Shown one piece after another: positions 9,201 to 22,698 of a DNA stretch of 64,000 nt. Position numbers and translations under genes: made by a program. The stretch comes from Balanoglossus misakiensis. Its lineage: Eukaryota > Animalia > Hemichordata. The first letter of the stretch is position 1, and every line of letters begins with the position of its first letter. The notes under the pieces were generated by a model. That model did no database searches. It was not told where the DNA came from and worked only from the letters and a program-made list of their open reading frames with translations. The stretch spans positions 4,096,110 to 4,160,109 of the forward strand of contig CM082584.2 in assembly GCA_040954595.2 (NCBI GenBank). The letters are read 5' to 3'.

Positions 9201-11969
9201 AATTTGTAAATAGGTTTTTTATAAGTAGCCAAATTTTATTGTTGTATGACTAATAAATCATACGTTATTGTTACTATTTATTTTTCATTTCCAAACCCTA
9301 CATCTAATCAAGTATTTGTGTGGTTTAGAATGATGTTTATTGCTTTGAATCCTTTGTCAGAAATATTTTGATTTCGTCATATAATTTTGGTAAAATCCGA
9401 CACCAAACTTTACAAATTTAAAGAGTAAGTACCAAAACTCCAAAGTCACGTGATTTGATGCTGCTTGTGTTGCAGTCTGAACATCCAAACCCTGGACAGC
9501 CATACAGAGGTGGTCAGTTCAATGGATACTTAGAGGACTGTGATGAGGGTTGTGAAGTGCTGCGGCTGTTGAGGATTGCATTTGATCGCCGACTGACTTT
9601 CACCATCGATGGGGAATCAAACAAAGTAGTCTGGAATGGCATAACACATGAGCAATACAGGTAAGTTTGATTTCCATTATTGCTATTTCATCACACTGAC
9701 ACCCATTTAATTTCAATTAACCAACAATACGTAACTTTTTTGCGATGTGTATCAGAAATTTAAAGGAGTCTTCAATCATGTCAGCTCTTGTTTCCCTGTG
9801 TGGTTTTGATGGTGAACTGGGAGAAAAAACATACATTGTAGGTCATTGGAATAATTATCAAAATTAAAACAACACCGTTCCGGTGCCAGGAAAAGAGACA
9901 TGTAACGTGAAATACATTTCGAGATCTCTATATGGAATGATTTTATGGAAATGCATAGGAATCCAGCCCTGAAGGTCTAGGTCTCTGCTAGTGACAAAAG
10001 TGTACATACATAGGTTATAGCAAAAAAAAACTAAAATCAAAGTATTTTGATCAGTTAGCCAACAAATCAATAGTACCACAAGTCAAAATAGCAACGGCAA
10101 AGAACAGACATGTATTGAAGCTCATTGAACATGTTTGAGCTCACCCGCTGATGGTGATAGTATCTGTGCAGGTAACCATCTTACTTAATTTTCACGTCTT
10201 TTGGTTTCATTGAACTACGCCTCTCGCACCTGAGTGTGTTCCTTGTAATGGGTACTTATGACGTCAATAATCAAGTTATCAATTCTTTCACAATATTTAG
10301 GGAATTGAAAATCAAAATCTATATCTAGACACATTCTTATGTGACTCTCACTCAGACAGAAACGACTTGCGCACGTACCTATAAAATTGTTGTAATATTG
10401 ACGAAGGGGATATCAACATGTTTTATTACAAACACATCCATTCGCAAGTAATTGTGTGACTGTCACAACGTGACACGTCATTGTAACTTGGAGTATAAGT
10501 CAATTGTGCAATATGTCATTTTAGAATACACAACTATAAGCATGTGTAATTCGAATGATCAACCTGCAATCCATTGATTGACACCTAATGGCCATTCTGG
10601 TTCCCCAAAGTGGCTAATACAAATATTGCAGTGGCATAATTTATTCCAGTAAACGTTTATAAATCCAAGTTGCGTCCAACCCATCAATCATTGGATATCT
10701 TCGATTCTGCATCTGTCCATCGCGATAAATTGATGCAGATAGAGAACATTAACGTTTCACATGAGACAATTAAGGCTTAACCAAATACCCATTGCCTCTA
10801 GTAAAACCTAAATGTATAATTTTGAACGAAACCATGCAGCTTTCGTTCATAGCACACTTTCAACTCATATCGAAGCCGTGGAAATCATGGGTACTAGTAT
10901 ATTCTTCTAAAATTGTTATACTTCATACTGGAACACAATTTTGAAATACCTATAGCTGTACTATGATGCAGATAGAAAACATTAGGGCTTCTAACGTGAC
11001 AATGAAACAAATACTAATTGCCAGATGGTAAAACTAACATGTATAGTTTTGATTGAAACCATCTGGCTTACGTTCATGGCACACTTTCAACTCATATCGA
11101 AGTCTTGAGAATCATGGGTATATTCTTCAGAATTGTCATACTTCATTCATACTGGGATGGAATTTTGAAATCACTACATTGTATTATATGGTTGTCGTTT
11201 GCATACTTACCCGAGTTAAATATATTATTCCACGTTCACTGGGATCATACAAAATAAACATAATATGTCTAGTTTTCAGTCCAAACACAAGACAGAATTG
11301 AGGTTTAACAGCTCATTGGACGTTCTTTGCCAGGGGGTGCTCAAGAAATTGTGTTATTACACAAATTATTTGTACTCAATGCCATGAGGCATTTGGCAGC
11401 TTCATTTGCACAAATATATCACTAATACGCTGCACATCATTTTAGAGTTTATAAACAGAGTTGTAAAATTTTCCAAATGCTAAACGTGTTAGTCAAGAAT
11501 CTAAGTACAGTTAATGTCATCACATATGAACAGGTATATTAGTGCCAAGTGTGGAATATTATTTCCTTCTATATCATGGACTAGGCATTGGTGAGATCCA
11601 ATTATTAAGTGAGGTGTTATTTTTATCATGTCACTTTTAGGGTATAACTTCCTTCACAGAAGAGCACAATGCTGTATTATTGTTATAAAACTTTGTTCTG
11701 TACTGTAGTTGTGTATATTTGACATCTCCAATTAATTTAATAATATTTCAATGTTGGCAACCAACAGTGGTTTGGCGTCACGGACCATCAAAATTATTAT
11801 TAGCTGCACAACGCGTACCACACACTTGTGGGAGTGAAATCATTTCGTGAACAGTAATGGGAAAACTAATACATGTAATACTACACATTTATATTTATCC
11901 AGGTTTTGTGACTGGCCATCTTATGTTTCAAAAGTGAAGAAAGAATTGGCTGCAAAAGGAGTGGTGTAA
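6284..11969 (+). CDS. TRIM-DTC copy 1: RING/B-box1/B-box2/coiled-coil + Deltex C-terminal-like domain; exons 6284-7687, 9476-9660, 11903-11969 (551 aa)
   Basis: C3HC4 RING (CPIC..LPCIHTFCEKC..CPTCR), two B-boxes and a heptad region. DTC signatures GTM..ITY.FADGIQG|SEHPNPGQPY..EG.EVLRLLRIAFDRRLTFTI..WNGITH..|..SYVSKVKKELAAKGVV*. GT-AG junctions have compatible phases (0, 2). Confidence 0.88.
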
Positions 11970-13132
11970 ATGTCAAGACGCCCTCACAACATGGTTGTAG
12001 CCACCACATGGAATGCATAATGAGAAAGACCTCAAGTGAATGTCAAGTACTCTGTGACGAATAGTCATTCTCTCTCAAATTATTTGGAGTTTTAGAAATA
12101 TTTCCTTGTATTATACAGAATAAGATTTGGTAAAGGAAGGCTAGTGTAGAATAGGATTTTGTCAAGAAAAATGTAGAAGATAAGAATTACTCTGTGTGTA
12201 GTCACGGTATATTTCAAGTACAGAATTATCGCTGATCTGGTTCTGTTCATTTGGGATAATTGCATAGTAATAAACTCTATAAAACTCTCAGCACAGTACA
12301 TGTAGCCTTATACATACTCAACATTTGGTCAGAAATACCACATTATCCCCAAGTACAACGAATACTTTGTTTGTTACCCATTGATTTGTAATATAAAAGA
12401 AGTTCATTTTTCTTATACTTAGCACTCATATCTAATTCTTGCATATATCCAAGTTATTTTACACAGTGAATGGGGTTTTAACACATTACTACACCGAATA
12501 TAGATTTGAAAGCCATGTCAAGTTTTCGCACAAATAATTCTGAAGATTTTTAAATTCCATCAACACGAATGATATCAATTTATCACATGATAATACGGTT
12601 TCTTGAATATAGTTTAACAAGTAATTTTTTTAATCAATTATGTACATAAAATTTGTAACATGGGAAATAAATTACCAATAAAAACCAATACTCATGGCTT
12701 TGTTACATCTGTAAATCTAATAAAGCTATTGTCTCCAAAGTTTTCATTTCAGCCACACATACTTACAAGAGGAAAAACTCAATTGCTCAGTGATTCGTTG
12801 TATACTTTTGAAGAAATAACAAAAGTTTTAATACATCTCTATTATGCATACACTTTTATTTTTCATCCCCTAATTTCCCATTTGTACTTCTGCATTTAGT
12901 TAACGTCGGATCCTATGTATCTTGCTAATAATCTGTTCTGAACCTCTAGGCTGACGCGTATCTAACTTTATATCAAGCTAGAAACAGAAGTGATATTCTG
13001 TTAAATAAAAACAAATGTATAATAAGGTATGGACGTTGGAGGCAGCAATCTATCCCATCATCCCCTTTTTTTCCCGTACATGTTTCCAAAACTCTATCCC
13101 TATAAAATTTACCATCACCGGCGGTCAATAGC

Positions 13133-13641
13133 CTAGTCTGGTCCTCTGCCCCATTCCCGCCACTGGCTGCGCTACGCTAAAAGACCCAAGGGTCAGGTAT
13201 GGACTATTGTTAATATGGCTCTTATTGGTCAATAAATACGAACATTGTGATTCGACGAAAGTTATTTTAAACATTACAACCTCCAAGTTTGAGTTTGTTT
13301 GCCATTCAAAATATGCTTTCAAATTGGTGAAGTTGAATGAGAAACACTCCTTATCAAACTATGGAATGTGGTTACAAGTCAAAGCATCTTAGTCTGGTCC
13401 CCTGCCCCATTCCCACCGCTGGCTGTGCTACGCTAAAAGGAAAGGGGTCAGGTACGGTCGGGGTCTTGGCCAAAAACCTGGCCAGCATATTATAATGAAA
13501 CAAAGACCACGTGATCATTAACAAGATGGATGTCTCAAATGTCCTTACACCAATGAGAGCCATGTATACAAAAGCCCGTGCCTGACCCTTTCCTTTAGCG
13601 TAGCACAGCCAGCAGTGGGAATGGGGCAGGGGACCAGACTA
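13133..13641. mobile_element. TAG..CTA-terminated MITE family: partial left end at 13133 plus complete copy 13390-13641 in the TRIM repeat unit; other copies at ~21571-21617, 30143, 30372-30609, 56421-56575
   Basis: TIR TAGTCTGGTCC(C/T)CTGCCCCATTCCCACCGCTGGCTGTGCTACGCTAAA and its reverse complement ending GGACCAGACTA. No intact TSD is seen. Confidence 0.75.
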
Positions 13642-13779
13642 CACCACCACCACCACCAATGACAAACATTCTGTTTGCTTTCGTTGTGTCACTGTTTCAT
13701 GACATTGTAATAGACTCGTTCAGTCGCAGGTGCACACATTATCCACACTCAGCAAAGAATATATGCATGGCGAGGGGAG

Positions 13780-14084
13780 GGGGGGGGGGATATTATGGGC
13801 GTGTCCCTGCCCAATTCTCCCTTTATATGGACGTTCCACACATAGTGCCATGAAGCATTTAGGGACTATGGACAGACTGTCCAAAATGTAGAACACGTCC
13901 TGCACGCGTGTGACCAACAGATCGTATTGTCTGTGACCTACTTGACACTATTAAATGTATACTTTGAACCTTGTTGCACAAAACGTGTTACGCATGCGCT
14001 GACTGCATTACCAAGGCTGTAGCGAATGCTTCTCTGGATCTGGTACCCGATCGAACAAGGCATCATTTGGCAACTAAGGTAAGG
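13780..14084 (+). promoter_or_regulatory. Putative promoter and non-coding exon 1 of copy 2 (donor at 14079; acceptor AG 14981-14982). Equivalent donors at 21782 (copy 3) and 57017 (copy 4)
   Basis: CpG-containing block conserved across copies, including the diverged copy 1. It ends in a strong AAG|GTAAGG donor. A pyrimidine-rich acceptor lies 20 nt upstream of the ATG. Confidence 0.6.
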
Positions 14085-15002
14085 TTTCCTAAGTTGTTCA
14101 TACGTCGATTATTTTGGATGATGGTAGGAAACAATGATGATATCTTTGTGGTCCGTACAACCTTGAAAATCCCCTCTTTTAAGCGAAAGATCTCTACAAT
14201 ACATTCCGACTAAAACAAAATTTAACAAAAACACTTCCTGGTTCAGTAAACTTACAACCCTAGAGTAATGGTTGTATTGTTTTTACAAGATGAATCGCAT
14301 TCCACTAATTACGGACTATCACAAAATGACCTCGACAATTTGATCAACGACATTATTGTGCAATCAATTTGAAATAATCATATCAAATCAAGAGTAAATA
14401 CAATTATTTTTTCCGTCCTCATGCGCGTAGATGTTTGAGGTGATATACCGGTACATGAAAACAGTGTACATGGATATAGGTCATCTCCGCCTAGCATTTT
14501 GACAACTTTGACCACAAACATTACATGATTCACCCAAAGCACGATATGTCATGAAATATGAAAGTGAAAGGACAGTATGTTTACTATACAACTTTTATTT
14601 TTTTGACTGGACACTTTTTTTAAAGAGATGTGAATCTTGCATGGATTAAGTGTTGTGCGTGCATTTTTTGTCAACCGTTTATCAACATACCTGTCACAAG
14701 TTCCAGAAAGAATCGACTCCCTTTAGCCTTAATACCAACGCATACATTTGTACACATTTCATAAAACCGACTTTACCGTAAAGAAAACGATTGTGAAATG
14801 GCTAAAATAGTGCTGTTTATGATCGGTAGACTTTTGACCACAAAAAAAAAATAAAAATAATTTGTGTGCCTCGAAGCTAAATTCCTGTCCTGCACTAATT
14901 TTATGCACTTGTTGTTGATTTTTGTGCATTCCTTGATCACCTGAAAAGTCTAAAATTTCACCTCAATGTTTTCGTTCAATAGATCGTAAACCCTAAGACA
15001 AG

Positions 15003-18000
15003 ATGGCCACCGCAAACCCCGGGAAATCGTTTTCACAGCAGTTAATGACCGACATCGATGAGAAGATCTTGATTTGTCCAATCTGTCAAGATCGGATGAC
15101 GAGACCCAAAATTCTACAGTGCGTGCACACCTTCTGTGAGAAATGTCTCCAAAAATGGGTCAGACAGAGAGGAGGTACCCTCGAATGTCCGACGTGCCGC
15201 TTTGTCACTCCGCTTCCCGAAAAGGGGGTCGAAGGTCTCGGTAATAACCTATTCATCAACGATATTATCGACATCTTTGACAAGCTGCAACCAACTGCTC
15301 CAGATTCGGTGACCTGTGACCTCTGTGACAAAAAAGCTGACAACTGGTGTAAAGAATGCGCTCAGTTCTTATGTGATGGATGTCACCTTACTCATCTGAA
15401 AATGAGAACCATACAACATCACAGAATTTATACGATGGAAGAGTATAACAACATGGCCGAGTCTGGTCGGGATCACCTGATTCGTCCAAGATTCTGTGCA
15501 GTTCATCAGGACAATCAGCTCAAGTTATTTTGCGACCACTGTCAGAATACAGTTTGTATTGAGTGCGCAATAATTGGTCATAAAGGCACTGCGCACAACT
15601 TGGAATCGCTAGAAGATGCATCGAAGAAATACACTCCCGAGATGCAAATCCTGGTCGACAAGTTAGCAACCAAAGTGTCTTCACTCCGCGAAACTCAACA
15701 AGAGACAGATAGATTCATCCAAGAATACAACAAAAAGAAGAGCAAGGTGCAACAGCAGATCAGACAGAAAGCATCTGACGTCATCAAACGAGTCCACAAA
15801 GAAGAACAGCGATTGCTGGATGAAGTAACGGCAATTGATGGAAAGATCATGAAGGAAGTGCAGGCAAAGGTCGAAAAACTGGAGTTTGATCTCGGCTGTG
15901 CCGAAAACATGAATGTCTACTCGCGAAGTCTGCTGCAACACGGCAATGCAGCTGATATACTTTCCCAGAAGAAAGAACTGATGCAGAGATTGAATGAAAT
16001 CATCAATGACCGTTCAACAGACCGATACGTCCCCCCACAAAACACCCGCCTTGTTTTTCAAGAGAACAGGCAGTGCATGCAACTTTCTCTTGGAGAAGTA
16101 ATTGACCAATCAGAAGTGACACATGCTGCACGTGTCAGCCAATCAGTTGATCGACAGATACTACAACAGCAACCTGAGGCAACCACCGAGAAATCTGCGA
16201 TTAAAAGAGAAATGACCGACCAATCCGGGGTGTCAAGTATGTCACATGTCAGCCAACCAACTGTCGAGAGGAAACAACAAAGACCTAAGACTCTGGCCCA
16301 GAAGACTTCTGCTCCTGGAGTTGTTACTGGTAATATGCCAAAGGGAACTATGGATGTTGATGATAGTTGGGGGCTAATTATTACATATAGGTTTGCAGAT
16401 GGAATACAAGGAGTAAGTAGTACAATGAAAACGATTTGAGAAGCACAGAGGGAATGTACTGACTATCGATTTGTTTATCAACATAGTCAAAAGAAAACAC
16501 GCTTTTCGCATTCAAGGTTAGACTTGCTCCAAGTCTATAGGCTTAAATTTCAGCAAAATTTGTTCCGATTTAATATAGCGTGTGTGGAGTGAACGCATTA
16601 AGTTGTGGCATCGCGATAGTGATGAACAGTAACCGAAACTCAGTACCGAAATTCAACCAAGGCAAACAAACGAATGAAGGGTAATGAGTAAAATTAAGAA
16701 ATGAGGAACACCTGAATTAGTCAAGCGAATAGTGGGCTAGTCTAATCCAAGGTGAAGATGAAAATCCGCGACTAGACCACAATGCATGCTTTAGTGATAA
16801 GAATGTATCACCCTAAACAAACAATCTGTTATGAACTGTAACAATGAAAAAAATCACTGGTCTGTACATTTCTTCTGTGCATCTCAAACACCCTTTTTAC
16901 CGTTGTCGTTGTATATGTTTGAAGTAATGGTTTGGCTAAATGCGTTGCATACCTTTGCAGTCCCGGCTTCTCTGTTTAAGTAAATTTTGAACTGTTCCTG
17001 TCTTGTCAATATCAATGTCAATATGGGGTATGATATAGAGGGTGAAAAGTGGTCATGTTTAGCACCTAAGTCTTGCTGTTTCATTCACTCACACGAACAC
17101 TTATCGGCTATTATATCGACTTAGTTAACTTCTTCGCAAATAATATTATTTTTTTTTGTCAAACTTGGTATGCTAACAACAGAGATTTGTGTATCAATAC
17201 AAATTATTCACGCTACATGAATAAGTGTATCGGAAATGTTTCCTAAATGTCATCATAAACCTGAAAGTTTTGACAGAAAAAGACAGCCAGCCCATCTTGA
17301 CTTGATGGCCGAAATCGCACAGAAAACGCTACAATCCATGTGTGGCTACACTTCATTGTTAGTGATGTTTTCGACTGTCACATTTTGATGATCAAAATGA
17401 AAGGAAACAGTCACCTCCCAAAATTGAACCTTCATGATTTCACCCTTTGTGGAAGGAATCAGATCATAATTGATATGAATATTTATTCTCCACAGAATCC
17501 TATATTTATTTTTAAAAGTTCAGTTAATACACGCATCAAACATGAATGATAACGCAACGATTGGTGGGGAACTAACCAAAGCCACACGTCATTCTCACTT
17601 TTCAAAATTTGAAATGTTGACGAGCGCGAGTTTTTGTTTGAGAGATAAAAATCGGCCGAAGCGCCCTCAACGGCGGTACGTAAGTGTGTGTCTGCCAAGA
17701 GAGTAACAAACTCCGCGATCAAGGAAACATGGGTTTATATCTTTCAAATTATTCCCTCAGTAAATTTTCCGCCAGATTCCAGTGTGGTAAACAATTATTT
17801 ATATTTATTACACCTGATACGACATAAATCAGGACAACGTCATACAATGCTTCACAAGACTTGAATTATTATTTTAATTTTATTATTTTGTTTAATTTAT
17901 CAACACAAAAATAACTAAATAGATATAAATTTGTAAATAGTTTTTTTATAATTAGCCAAATTTTATTGTAGTTAGTAGTATGACTAATAAATCATACGTT

Positions 18001-20403
18001 ATTGTTATTATTATTACTATTTATTTTTTATTTCCAAACCCTATATCTAATCAAGTATTTGTGTGGTTTAGAATGATGTTTATTGCTTTGAATCCTTTGT
18101 CAGAAATATTTCAATTTTGTCATATAATTTTGGTAAAATCTGACACCATACTCTACAAATTTAAAGAGTAAATACCAAAACTCCCAAGTCACGTGATTTG
18201 ATGCTGCTTGTGTTGCAGCCTGAACATCCAAACCCTGGACAGCCATACAGTGGTGGTGAGTTCAAAGGATTCTTACGGGACGTTGACGAGGGTTGTGAAG
18301 TGCTGGGGCTGTTGAGGATTGCATTTGATCGCCGACTGACTTTCACCATCAATGGGGAATCAAACAAAGTAGACTGGAATGGCATAACACATGAGCAATA
18401 TCTGTAAGTTTGATTTCCATTATTGCTATTTCATCACACTGACACCCATTTAATTTCAATTAACCAACAATACGTTACTTTTTGGCGATGTGTATCAGAA
18501 ATTTAAAGGGGTCTTCAATCATGTCAGCTCTTGTTTCCCTGTGTGGTTTTGATGGCGAACTGGGAGAAAAAAAACATACATTGTAGGTCATTGGAATAGT
18601 TATCAAAATTAAAACAACACCGTTCCGGTGCCAGGAAATGAGACACGTAACGTGAAATACATTTCGAGATCTCTATTTGGAATGATTTAATGGAAATGCA
18701 TAGGAATCCAGCCCCTGAAGGTCTAGGTCTCTGCTAGTGACAAAAGTGTACATACATAGATTATAGCAAAAAAAAACTAAAATCAAAGTATTTTGATCAG
18801 TTAGCCAACAAATCACTAGTACCACAAGTCAAAATAGCAACGGCAAAGAACAGACATGTATTGAAGCTCATTGAACATGTTTGAGCTCACCAGCTGATGG
18901 TGATAGTATCTGTGCAGGTAACCATCTTACTTAATTTTCACGTCTTTTGCTTTCATTGAACTACGCCTCTCGCACCTGAGTGTGTTCCTTGTAATGGGTA
19001 CTAATGACGTCAATAATCAAGTTATCAGTTCTTTCAAAATATTTAGGGAATTGAAAATCAAAATCTACATATAGACACATTCTTATGTGACTCTCACTCA
19101 GACAGAAACGACTTGCGCACGTACCTATAAAATTGTTGTAATGTTGATGAAGGGGATATCGACATGTTTTATTACAAACACATTCATTCGCAAGTAATTG
19201 TGTGACTGTCACAACGTTATACGCCATTGAAACTGGTTGCATAAGTCAATTGTGCAATATGTCATTTTAGAATACTCAACTATATGGGTAAGCATGCATG
19301 TGTAATTTGAATAATCAACCCGCAATCCATTGATTGACACCTAATGGCCATTCTGGTTCCCCAAAGTGGCTAATACAAATATTGCAGTGGCATAATTTAT
19401 TCCAGTAAACGTTTATAAATCCAAGTTGCGTCCAACCCATCCCTCATTGAATATCTTCGATTCTGCATCTGTCCATCGCAATAAATTGATGCAGATAGAG
19501 AACATTAACGTTTCATACATGACAATTAAGGCTTAAACCAAATACCAATTGCCTCTAGTAAAACCTAAATGTATAGTTTTGAACGAAACCATGCAACTTT
19601 CGTTCATAGCACACTTTCAACTCATATGGAAGCCGTTGAAATCATGGGTACTGGTATATTCTTCTAAAATTGTTATACTTCATACTGGAACACAATTTTG
19701 AAATCCCTATAGCTGTACTATTATATTACTGTCATACGCATGTTAACATGTGTTATACTATTCCACGTTCACTGGAATCATACAAAATAAACAGAATATG
19801 CCACTGTTGGACCAAACAAACAACAGAATTCAGATGTAACAGCTCTTGCACCTTATGTCTGGTGATGGTCAGGAAATTGTGATGTTGTGCAAATTATTTG
19901 AACTCATAAGATATTTGGCAGCTTCATTTGCTCAAATCTTACATTTATGACACTCATACTGCACATTATTTGAAAGTTTTCAAACGGCATTGTTCTCTTT
20001 CCAAATTATAAACATGTATAAGTCAAGAGTCTGGGTATAGTTAATGTTGTCGCATTGATGCCATCTGTAGAATGTGATTTCTTTTCTTGTATATCCTGTT
20101 ACTATAGGCAACAGTGAAATCCAATTATTAAGCGGAGTGTTTTTTCTATCACGTCACTTTTTATGTTCAACGTAACACTGAGAAGAGCACCATGCTTTAT
20201 ATTTGTAATAAAAACTTCGTACTGTGCTGTAGTGTATATTTGACATTTCCATTTAATGTCATAATCTTTAATCGTTAAGTCGTAGTTGAGAGTTACCAAC
20301 TACAGATTTGTTTATTTTATCCAGGTTTTCTTCATATGATGCTTTCTGGCCATCTTATTATGCACAAGTGAAGAAAGAATTGGCTGCAAAAGGAGTGGTG
20401 TAA
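15003..20403 (+). CDS. TRIM-DTC copy 2; exons 15003-16412, 18219-18403, 20325-20403 (557 aa)
   Basis: Same domain motifs and GT-AG phases as copy 1. C-terminus ..ITHEQYL|FSSYDAFWPSYYAQVKKELAAKGVV*. Confidence 0.88.
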
Positions 20404-22698
20404 ATGTCAAGACGCCCTCACAACGTGGTTGTAGCCACCACATGGAATGCATAATGAGAAAGACCTCAAGTGAATGTCAAGTACTCCATGACGAATAGTC
20501 ATTTCTCTCTCAAATTATTTGGAGTTTTAGAAATATTTTATTGTATTATACAGAATAAGATTTGGTAAAGGAAAGCTAGTGTAGAATAGGATTTTGTCAA
20601 GAAAAATGTTGAAGATAAGGATTACTCTGTGTGTAGTCACGGTATATTTCAAGTACAGAATTATCTCTGATCTGGTTCAGTTCATTTGGGATAATAATTA
20701 CATAGTAATAAACTCTATAAAAATCTCAGCACAGTACATGTAGCCTTACACACTCGACATTTTGTCAGAAATACCACATTATCCCAAAGTACAATGAATA
20801 CTAATTGTTTTTTACCCATTGATTTGTAAAATAAAAGAAGTTCATTTTTCTTATACTCAGCACTCAAATCTAATTCTTGCATATATCCAAGTTATTTTAC
20901 ACAGTGAATGGGGTTTTAACACATTACTACACCGAATATAGATTTGAAAGCCGTGTCAATTTTTGCACAAATAATTCTAAAGATTTTTAAATTCCATCAA
21001 CGCGAATGATATCAATTTATCATATGATAATATGGTTTCTTGAACATAATCTAACAAGTAACATTTTTTTTTTCAATTATGTACATAAAATTTGTAACAT
21101 GGGAAATAAATTACCAATAAAAACCAATACTCATGGCTTTGTTACATCTGTAAATCTAATAAAGCTATTGTCTCCAAAGTTTTCATTTCAGCCACACATC
21201 CTTACAAGAGGAAAGACTCAATTGCTCAGTGATTCGTTGTATACTTTTGAAGAAATAACAAAAGTTTTAATACATCTCTATTATGGATACACTTTTATTT
21301 TTCATCCCCTAATTTCCCAGTCGTACTTCCGCATTTAGTTAACGTTGGATCCTATGTATCTTGCGAATAATCTGTTCTGAACCTCTAGGCTAACACGTAT
21401 CTAACTTTATATTAAGCTAGAAACAGAAGTGATATTCTGTTAAATAAAAACAAATGTATAATAAGGTATGGACGTTGGAGGCAGCAATCTATCCGATCAT
21501 CCCCTTTTTTCTCGTACATGTTTCCAAAACTCTATCCCTATAAAATTTACCATTACCAGCGGTCAATAGCCTATTCTGGTCCTCTGCCCCATTCCCACCG
21601 CTGGCTGTGCTACGCTACAACAGATCGCATTGTCTGTGACCTACTTTACACTATTAAATGTATACTTTGAACCTTGTTGCACAAAACGTGTTACGCATGC
21701 GCTGACTGCATTACCAAGGCTGTAGTGAAAGCTTCTCCGGATCTGGTACCTGATCGAACAAGGCATCATTTGCCAACTAAGGTAAGGTTTCCTAAGTTGT
21801 TCATACATCGCTTATTTTGGATGATGGTAGGAAACAATGATGATATCTTTGTGGTCCGTACAACCTTGAAAATCCCCTCTTTTAAGCGAAAGATCTCTAC
21901 AATACGTTCCGACCAAAGTTCTGAAACAAAATTTAACAAAAACACTTCCTGGTTCAGTAAACCCAAGAGTAATATGGTTGTATTGTTTTTACAAGGTGAA
22001 TCGCATTCCACTAATTACGGACTATCACAAAACCTAACTCGACAATTTGATCAACGACATTATTGTGCAATCAATTTGAAATAATCATATCGAATCAAGA
22101 GTAAATACAATTATTTTTTTACATCCTCGTGAGCGTAGATTTTGAGGTGTTATACATGAAAACAGTGTACATGGATATAGGCCATCCCCGCCTAGCATTT
22201 TGACCACACAACTTTGACCACAAACATTACACGATTCACCCAAAGCACGATATGTCATGAAAGTGAAAGGGCAGTATGTTTACTATACAACTTTCATTTT
22301 TTGACTGGACACTTTTTTAAAGAGATGTGAATCTTGCATGGATTAAGTGTTGTGCATGCATTTTTTGTCAACCGTTTATCAACATACCTGTCACAAGTTC
22401 TAGAAAGAATCGACTCCCTTTAGCCTTAATACCAACGGATACATTTGTACACATTCCATAAAACCGACTTTACAGTAAAGAAAACGATTGTGAAATGGCT
22501 AAAGTAGTGATGCTTATGATCCGTAGTCTTTTGACCACAAAAAAAAAAAAAAAAAAATTGTGTACCTCGAAGCTAAAATCCTGTCCTGCACTAATTTTAT
22601 GCACTTGTTGTTGATTTTTGTGCATTCCTTGATCACCTGAAAAGTCTAAAATTTCACCTGAATGTTTTCGTTCAATAGATCGTAAACCCTAAGACAAG

